64,000 nucleotides of DNA from Chamaesiphon sp. (GTDB lineage: Bacteria; Cyanobacteriota; Cyanobacteriia; Cyanobacteriales; Chamaesiphonaceae): NCBI GenBank assembly GCA_965246715.1, contig CBDFFH010000036.1, forward strand, positions 64,001-128,000, written 5' to 3'. Positions within the stretch are counted from its first letter, which is position 1; each line of letters opens with the position of its first letter. The position numbers were made by a program, and so were the translations under genes. The notes beneath the pieces are model-generated. The model saw nothing but the letters and a program-made list of their open reading frames with translations, did no database searches and was not told the DNA's origin. Positions 57,383 through 64,000 of this stretch are shown piece after piece.

Positions 57383-57571
57383 TCAAAATTGTGCCGATCT
57401 GGTCATTGGTTCCAACAGTTTGACTGGAAGTTGTTGCAAGACTCGTTCAAAAGGCTCGGTGCTGTTGAGTCCTCGCGTTAAAACTAATGCACCTTGCACC
57501 TGAATCACCGCATCTTCAGCCCGTTGTCGTGCTGCCTGTTCGGGAATGCCCAGCTTGCAAAAGCTCATCAA
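57383..57571 (-). pseudogene. TetR-family C-terminal remnant
   Basis: ARQRAEDAVIQVQGALVLTRGL; no HTH. Confidence 0.55.
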
Positions 57572-57668
57572 AGATGGTTATACCGTACTGACCTTTTAAC
57601 TGAATTTGGCAGTGAGTTGGTTGTGGTTCGGCACTCACTGTTCTAGTAATATTTGGAGGTAGGTTTCT

Positions 57669-58592
57669 ATGCAGCTTAAAAGTCCTTTCCACGAAGGCGA
57701 ACTACTGGTACAGCAACGGGTTGGCGAAACAATCCCCGCCCAGCGAAATGGACAAATTATTGCCGATACGATTCTCAAAGGTGCGATCGAATTCATCGAA
57801 CAGCAAAAAATGGTTGTGCTGGGCAGTGTGGATTCACAACAGCATGTTTGGGCATCGTTGTTATTTGGGTCGCCTGGTTTTATTAAATATATCGATGCAC
57901 GGGCGATCGAGTTTGACTTAACGCAAGCCACCCTAAATCCTCTCGATCCTTTCTGGACGAACATCCAGACCGAGGATCGGGTCGGAATGCTAGCGATCGA
58001 ATTTGCCAGTCGCCGTCGGCTGCGGATTAATGGCACGATCGAGCGAATTACAAGCGATCGGTTACGGCTGAACGTGTTAGAGTCTTATCCTAACTGCCCT
58101 AAGTACATTCAGCGACGGCAGCTTCTGCTTAACTCAACAAATGTAAAGCAATATACTCAGCCACAATTTGGACAACTTCTGACATCCGAACAGCAGAATT
58201 GGATTGGAGCAGCAGACACTCTGTTTGTTGCTAGTACACATCCGCAGCGCGGGGTTGATGCCTCTCATCGCGGGGGGAATCCAGGCTTTGTCCAGATTCT
58301 AGACGATCGATCGCTTCGGATTCCCGATTACGCTGGAAACAGTATGTTTAACACTCTAGGAAACTTGGTCATCAATCCTCATGCTGGGCTTGTTTTTCTA
58401 GACTTTGAGCATAGTCGAACACTGCAACTAACAGGTCGAGCGACAATCCAATGGCATCTAGATGACTTCGCCGATTCAACGGGAGGAACTTACCGATATT
58501 GGGATTTCGAGATCGAGCAGTGGTTACGGACTGACTTAACTCACTCACTTCGATGGGATTTTTTCGACTATTCTCCCCACAATCCAATGTGA
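57669..58592 (+). CDS. Pyridoxamine 5'-phosphate oxidase-family protein
   Basis: [30 protein letters not shown] and [14 protein letters not shown] motifs. Confidence 0.9.
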   Translation: MQLKSPFHEGELLVQQRVGETIPAQRNGQIIADTILKGAIEFIEQQKMVVLGSVDSQQHVWASLLFGSPGFIKYIDARAIEFDLTQATLNPLDPFWTNIQTEDRVGMLAIEFASRRRLRINGTIERITSDRLRLNVLESYPNCPKYIQRRQLLLNSTNVKQYTQPQFGQLLTSEQQNWIGAADTLFVASTHPQRGVDASHRGGNPGFVQILDDRSLRIPDYAGNSMFNTLGNLVINPHAGLVFLDFEHSRTLQLTGRATIQWHLDDFADSTGGTYRYWDFEIEQWLRTDLTHSLRWDFFDYSPHNPM

Positions 58593-58639
58593 GGAAACTC
58601 ATAGATTGTGGCTTTAATAAATTACAGGCGATCGCAATT

Positions 58640-59074
58640 ATGGAAACAAAACCACCCTTACCACCCTTTACGCTTGAAACGGCTAAAGCTAAAGTTCAAG
58701 CCGCCGAAGATGCCTGGAACACACGCGATCCTGAGAGAGTTGCTCTAGCTTATACAGAAGATTCGCAATGGCGCAATCGGTCTGAATTTTTGAGCGGACG
58801 TGACGAGATTAGAGCGTTCTTGAAACGGAAGTGGGCAAAGGAACTAGATTATCGCTTGAAAAAGGAACTTTGGAGTTTTACGGACAATAGGATTTCGGTG
58901 CGGTTTGAGTATGAGTGGCATGATGATGAACACTGGTATCGTTCTTACGGAAACGAGCAATGGGAGTTTGTAGAGAGTGGCTTGATGAGGCGGCGCGAAG
59001 CCAGCATCAATGATGTTTCGATTCTCCAGGGGAGAGGCTACGCCAACGAGGAGTCCGCAAGAAAGTTTCGATGA
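58640..59074 (+). CDS. DUF1348 / NTF2-like protein with an 8-aa repeat-derived insertion
   Basis: PPLPPF...[10 protein letters not shown]...[10 protein letters not shown]; insert at 59023-59046. Confidence 0.9.
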   Translation: METKPPLPPFTLETAKAKVQAAEDAWNTRDPERVALAYTEDSQWRNRSEFLSGRDEIRAFLKRKWAKELDYRLKKELWSFTDNRISVRFEYEWHDDEHWYRSYGNEQWEFVESGLMRRREASINDVSILQGRGYANEESARKFR

Positions 59075-59141
59075 GAACAGCTAGTAGAGTGGGCAATGCC
59101 CATTAGCTAAAACCTTTGCAGAGTAAGCATCTTGCTTATTA

Positions 59142-59186
59142 TTTACTCCGATCGATCGCTTACGGCAAGCGATCGATCGGAGTAAA
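59142..59186. terminator. 20-bp perfect hairpin (terminator-like)
   Basis: TTTACTCCGATCGATCGCTT-acggc-AAGCGATCGATCGGAGTAAA. Confidence 0.6.
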
Positions 59187-59243
59187 AATCGCGATTTAGT
59201 AGATGATTTCTTGTAAAATAGACAAAACACACATCGTGGAAAA

Positions 59244-59447
59244 ATGTTTACAGCAGTAGAAGAAATTGAATCTGCGATTCTCAAACTCTCACCACAAGAA
59301 TTAGGTCAACTTGCCGAATGGGTCTTAGATTTAGACGAACAGAATTGGGATAAACAAATCGAACGAGATGCTATGGCAGGAAAGCTAGATTTTCTAGCTA
59401 AAGAAGCATTGGCAGAACTGGAAAACGGCGATAGCCGAATGATCTAA
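59244..59447 (+). CDS. Small antitoxin-like protein; toxin partner reduced to MHYTT
   Basis: EEIESAILKLS...WDKQIERDAMAGKLD; overlapping TAATG start follows. Confidence 0.6.
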   Translation: MFTAVEEIESAILKLSPQELGQLAEWVLDLDEQNWDKQIERDAMAGKLDFLAKEALAELENGDSRMI

Positions 59448-59476
59448 TGCACTACACAACTATTTGTTACATCTAA

Positions 59477-59674
59477 TTACTGTTGTTTCTTCCATTCATC
59501 TGTCAGTATCCCAGCAAAACCCCAATTTTCTTCGGCGATTTCTTGAATAACAATGTGGGTATGTTCTGGCTTTTTGCCAAGAATACGCACCAGAGAATCG
59601 GTTACTTCTCGGACTAATTGAGTTTTTTGCGCTCTCGTCGCGCCTTGAGTAATCTGGATATTGACGTAGGGCAT
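59477..59674 (-). CDS. 4-oxalocrotonate tautomerase family protein
   Basis: N-terminal Pro; ENWGFAG. Confidence 0.9.
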   Translation of the reverse strand: MPYVNIQITQGATRAQKTQLVREVTDSLVRILGKKPEHTHIVIQEIAEENWGFAGILTDEWKKQQ

Positions 59675-59835
59675 AATGATTTTGGGGGATTTAATTGGCG
59701 AACTATGTAAGTCTATCAGGAATTTTGTGAGCGATCGTGCGGACTAATCACGATCCTATGATGATGCGACAACTGACAAAACTGCGCTGCGATCGAAATT
59801 CCTTGCGGTAATGGAGCTGAAAGGATTTAGTGGAA

Positions 59836-60285
59836 TTATAAATCGATCGACATCAGTACATATTTTTCGCGAGTTGCAAAGTTGGCGCGAGCATAAAGCT
59901 GATTAGCTTTAATATTTGTTCTGGCAACTTCCAAATGAATCGATCGAACATCGAGATCTTTTGCCGCGATTTTAATAAATTCTAAGGTTTGCTTCCCTAA
60001 TCCTTTTCCTCGAAATTCAGGTCTAATATAAAATTCATCAATAAAAGCATCTTTTCCAGCAAACTCAATACTATAGCCAAGGCACAGTGCTATATATCCA
60101 ACAGGTTGGCGGTTGGCATAAATTAGCCAAATTCCACCAAGTTCTACATTAGATAACAATGCCGTAAGCGAGTTTTTCCTTTGCTCTTCTGTGATGTGGA
60201 AATCCTCGAATTCGTGAAACGCCCGCACGAGTGGCAAAATAATTTCCAGATCTTCGATTGAAGCTATTTTAATTTCTGGTGTCAT
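59836..60285 (-). CDS. GNAT-family N-acetyltransferase
   Basis: DEFYIRPEFRGKGLG. Confidence 0.9.
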   Translation of the reverse strand: MTPEIKIASIEDLEIILPLVRAFHEFEDFHITEEQRKNSLTALLSNVELGGIWLIYANRQPVGYIALCLGYSIEFAGKDAFIDEFYIRPEFRGKGLGKQTLEFIKIAAKDLDVRSIHLEVARTNIKANQLYARANFATREKYVLMSIDL

Positions 60286-60307
60286 GATTTACTATCTCTT
60301 GGACTCA

Positions 60308-60733
60308 TTATTGCTCTGCCTGTTTTGTGAACCCGCGACACACAACTGCCAATTTGTTTCCATCTAGATCGCGGACGTAGGCAGCCTAGAAGTCAGGGTT
60401 ATATTGCAAGCGAAGTCCTGGCGATCCTTCTGATATACCGCCATTAGACATGGCGGCAGAGTAGAATGCTTCAACCGCTTCCCAGGATTTTGCTTGCAGT
60501 GCGACCATTGTGCCGTTACCAGGGGTAGCAGCCTCTCCATTGAGGGGTTTGCCAAGCCAAAGTGCAACTTCTTTGATGCCGTTGTCTTCGTAGGTGCCCC
60601 AACCGACCCAATCTTCCCAGTTCGATTCGCCTGAGACATCGCAACGCGACAGCCCAAGTGTTCCAAGCACAGCGTCGTAGAAGACACTTGCACGGGCAAT
60701 GTCGTTTGTGCCAAGGCAAATATAAGTTAACAT
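60308..60733 (-). pseudogene. VOC-family protein with an in-frame TAG
   Basis: MLTYICLGTND...PDF*AAYVRDLDGNKLAVVC. Confidence 0.85.
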
Positions 60734-60859
60734 GGTTATTCTCTGGGGGCTAATGATTAGGAATGCAATCACCACCTAATATTAGGCTGTATGTATCGTT
60801 GGCGGTAGCAGAGCGTTTGCCCCAGCAATAGCCTCTGCTTTGCAGAATCGTGAACTAGG

Positions 60860-61327
60860 CTATTTCAGTGCCTTACGGAAAACGATCTTGTCAACTCCAG
60901 CCGCATAAAATTCTCGAATCCGCGCCTCCTCCTCGTAACCATTCTGGCGATAGAATTCCCGCACGTATTCAAAGTCATCCGTTCCCGCCGTTTCTACCAG
61001 CAATATACGTTCCCCTCGTTCCATGAGCATCTGCTCTACATAACTCAGTAAAGCCTTGCCGCGCCCTTGCTTCTGCCGATCGGGATGTACCGCAATTAGA
61101 TACAAATTCCACGTCCCCTCGGTCATCCGTTCTGGGGCGATGTATGCAATCCCGACTGGCTCATTGTCGTAATCAGTCAACCAGATGTCTTGGGTTTCAT
61201 CTTTATCGCTAAAATGTCGATCGAGCATTTGAGCAAGATCGTCTGTTTGGCTTGGATCGAATAGACCACTGGCTGCTGCCAGGGCTATTAATGCAGTCGT
61301 GTCATCAGGCGTGGTTAATCTAATCAT
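60860..61327 (-). CDS. GNAT-family N-acetyltransferase
   Basis: IAVHPDRQKQGRGKALL. Confidence 0.9.
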   Translation of the reverse strand: MIRLTTPDDTTALIALAAASGLFDPSQTDDLAQMLDRHFSDKDETQDIWLTDYDNEPVGIAYIAPERMTEGTWNLYLIAVHPDRQKQGRGKALLSYVEQMLMERGERILLVETAGTDDFEYVREFYRQNGYEEEARIREFYAAGVDKIVFRKALK

Positions 61328-61343
61328 CGCAAATTCTTCTCAC

Positions 61344-61390
61344 ATCATAACAGTTGTTATGTTTTCAAGTATCAGAACAACTGTTATGAT
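61344..61390. promoter_or_regulatory. Inverted 15-bp operator sites between the divergent GNAT and TetR genes
   Basis: ATCATAACAGTTGTT ... AACAACTGTTATGAT. Confidence 0.65.
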
Positions 61391-61437
61391 AGAACGTCAA
61401 GCTAGTTGTTTTATCTTGCTGCAAACCAAAAAGAGTT

Positions 61438-61682
61438 ATGAGTTATGACGATTCCTCTTCGAGGACGCGACGCGAACGCCGGATTGAAGTCGCAAAAGCA
61501 GCATGGCAGGTGATTATCCGCGAAGGATTGGATCGCACCAGTATGCGGGCGATCGCGCAGGAACTTGGCTCCTCGACAGGGGTTGTCACTCACTACTTTC
61601 GAGACAAAGAAGAACTCATTTTGTTCGCGCTAGGACTCGTGTTTGAAAATGTTGCAGCGGAGATGGAAACTCGTTCCCAGGG
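61438..61682 (+). pseudogene. TetR regulator truncated by ISAs1
   Basis: SMRAIAQELGSSTGVVTHYF; runs into the IR at 61683. Confidence 0.88.
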
Positions 61683-63193
61683 CAGGTTAAACGCATCAAA
61701 ACTTGATATGAGGCGATCGAATTCAATAATACATACAACTTAAGCAGTATTTATGAACTAAATACATTTACGACGAATTCAATTAGAACTGATGTATAGT
61801 ATAAGGCAATATTTATTTAATTTAATGCAATATAAAGTAGTCGATCGAAGGAATAACTTAAATCGTCGATATATTATAGAAGTAATTTGATTTCAACCAA
61901 TAGTTCGTAAATTATAAAATACCTTCTAAAATTTCAGCCAAGTATTTGTCATCTATACCTGCTAGAAATCTCTTGCTTTTCACACTTAATTTCCGACTTT
62001 TATTTTGACTAATTAAGTTAATAGCTATGTGCCGTAATACTGCAAAATTAGCTGGCGCATTATCTTTCCTAATTCGACTATAATCTTCTCTTAAAGAAAC
62101 ATCAAGTACCCAATGAAGTGAATTTTCTATCCCCCAATGACCTCTAATTGCTCCGGCGACTCTCTTGGCATTATTAGCTAAACTACTAATAAAATAACGA
62201 GTCTCTACGGTGGTTTTATCCCCAATAGTTCTTACTGATTCAACCATCGCAATACTAGTCAATTTCATCCAGTTATGGGATGAATCTATTCGATCGGCAA
62301 CATCTGATATCATTAAATAATTACGGATTTCTTCCCTACCCCCATTAATCTCCTTAGTCCTGAAATCACTCAGATTGAAACCTGCGCCACCAGTTGCAAT
62401 AGCCTGTTTAAATAGCCTTTCTACTTGGTCGTATAAACTTGGTTGATTCTTTTTCACAGCAATTACATAATCTGCATCTTTTTCAACAATTTTTTTTACT
62501 ATTTCTCTTTGACATCCCATTGCATCAATGGTAACTATACATCCGGCTAAATCTAGAACTTTAATTAATTCAGGAAGTGCTGTGATTTCATTAGATTTGC
62601 CCTCAACCATTTTCTGTCCTAATACTAATCTATTAGTTACAGCCCATGCACTAACAGTATTTAGTACACCTTGTCCATTAGTATTATCTCCTGAATTTCG
62701 AGATTGTTTGCCGTCAAGTGCAATTATTTCTCCTGCTGTTATTTTAGATATTCCTTTAACCCAACTCAGGAAACTTTTTTGAAATTCTTCAGGATTAATT
62801 CGTGAAAATACCCTTCCAAATGTATCATGTGATGGAATACCATGCGGCAACTCTAAAAATTTACCTAGCCATTCCTTCTTCGCCAAACCATAAATTTCTA
62901 TATCTATCCATGTATCAGCTCCAGATACTACAGCACAAATGGTAATGGTGATGATATCAATTAATTTATGCTTTTTCCCGCGCTCTGTCCTGTAGTCTTC
63001 TACACTCTCGAAGTGTTCTATAATACTATATTTTGGCTTCAGCTTCATTTTAGTTAAATTAAATTTGTTAAATTCTAACATAGTTAATTAGCTCTAACTA
63101 TTACCTAGCAGTAATTACAAGATTTCTAGATGCTATTTATTCATTCGATCGTCAAAGTTTTTAGTAATAACAAATTTAAGTGCGTTTAACCTG
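61683..63193 (-). mobile_element. ISAs1-family element, copy 2 (transposase 61912-63081)
   Basis: Protein identical to 11818-12987; inverted; no TSD. Confidence 0.95.
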
Positions 63194-64000
63194 ATACTAA
63201 TCTATTACTTGCTGCCCAAGCACTGACCGTATTAATTACTCCTTTACCATTTTTTTCGTCTCTTGAATTTCGAGATTGTTCTCCATCAAATGCGATTATC
63301 TCTCCTGCTGTTATTTTACTTATTCCTTTAATCCAATGCAGGAAAGATTTATTGAATTCTTCAGGATTAATTTGTGAAAATACCCGTGCAAATGTATCGT
63401 GAGATGGTATCCCATTCGGTAATTCTAGAAATTCCTCCAGCCATTTTTTTCTGGTGATGCCATACAGCTCTATGTCTTCCCATCCATCTGCTCCACATAC
63501 TACTGCACAAATCGAGATCGTGATAATATCGATTAGTTTGTGTTTTTTCCCCCGTTCAATTCTAATGTCTTTTATGTCACCAAAGTGTTCTGCTATACTA
63601 TGCCTTGGCTTTAGCTTCATTTGACGCGATCTGAATTTCCAATAAATATAACATAATTAACGGGAGCATCCCACTTTTTATTAGTTGTTTGTAGAATAAA
63701 GTATCAAGAACCAGTCATCAGGCTATTCAGCGATCGTACTTATTTTATCTTTGAGAATTTTAAAAAGTGGGATGCTCCCTAATTAACTGGCTATACTTGT
63801 TTACCATTAAAGCTTTCATACTTTTCGTAATTCAAATCTGCAACTGATTTGCGAGGATTTTAAATAGTAGGAAATTTAAGTGCGTTCACCCTGTAGATTA
63901 GTATTAGGACAAACAAAAGTCGAGAGTAAATCAAATGAAATTACTGCATTGCCTGAGTTGATTAATGCCTTAGATCTAGCTGGATGTATAGTGACAATTG
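63194..64000. mobile_element. Second ISAs1 type, rearranged: N-terminal half on - (63194-63620), continuation on + from 63894
   Basis: IR GTGCGTTCACCCTG ending at 63893; ...WAASNRLV on -, [22 protein letters not shown] on +. Confidence 0.85.
63662..63779. mobile_element. 118-bp MITE
   Basis: IRs GGGAGCATCCCACTTTTTA; 8-bp TSD TAATTAAC. Confidence 0.9.

Noticed and set aside
1467..60388. Stop-codon reassignment or readthrough explaining the in-frame stops (1467 TAA, 24145 TGA, 54556 TGA, 60386 TAG)
   Set aside because: All three stop types occur alongside frameshifts and truncations; ordinary decay or sequencing error suffices
11706..63193. Composite transposon or inversion bounded by the two identical ISAs1 copies
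   Set aside because: Copy 1 has its own intact TSD and the flanks of copy 2 do not match it

Overview
A 64-kb, heavily decayed accessory region from a cyanobacterium. The evidence is dense CGATCG/GCGATCGC (HIP1-type) sites, PEP-CTERM, Nif11, GUN4 and pentapeptide proteins; a Chamaesiphon-like host and a plasmid or island origin are inferences. Left part: internalin-like LRR genes and one giant (~3,350 aa) secreted multidomain gene, now broken in four places, with Ig-like, vanadium-haloperoxidase/PAP2, HEXXH metallopeptidase, LVIVD and FG-GAP regions. Middle: nested IS elements (IS4, ISAs1, IS66, IS630, IS1182, IS701, IS5, IS1), a collapsed parA/RHH locus, a TGT-type transposon end with a serine resolvase, and a tyrosine integrase between two tRNA 3' fragments. 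These are followed by a truncated HsdR, TA genes and a detox/resistance cluster (ANT-like, flavin monooxygenase, VOC, TetR, AAC(6')-like) that ends in an archaeal/eukaryote-type ProRS. Right part: an Rhs toxin/immunity locus (nuclease and deaminase tips) between two Tn3-type miniature elements, then stress/detox genes and an ISAs1 deletion-inversion. Four small-element systems overlay this: 22-28 nt double-hairpin inserts in CGATCG sites, REP-carrying MITEs with IS1 or IS701 ends, Tn3-type MITEs, and free GTAG-REPs. All product calls come from motif recognition by eye; no database searches were run.
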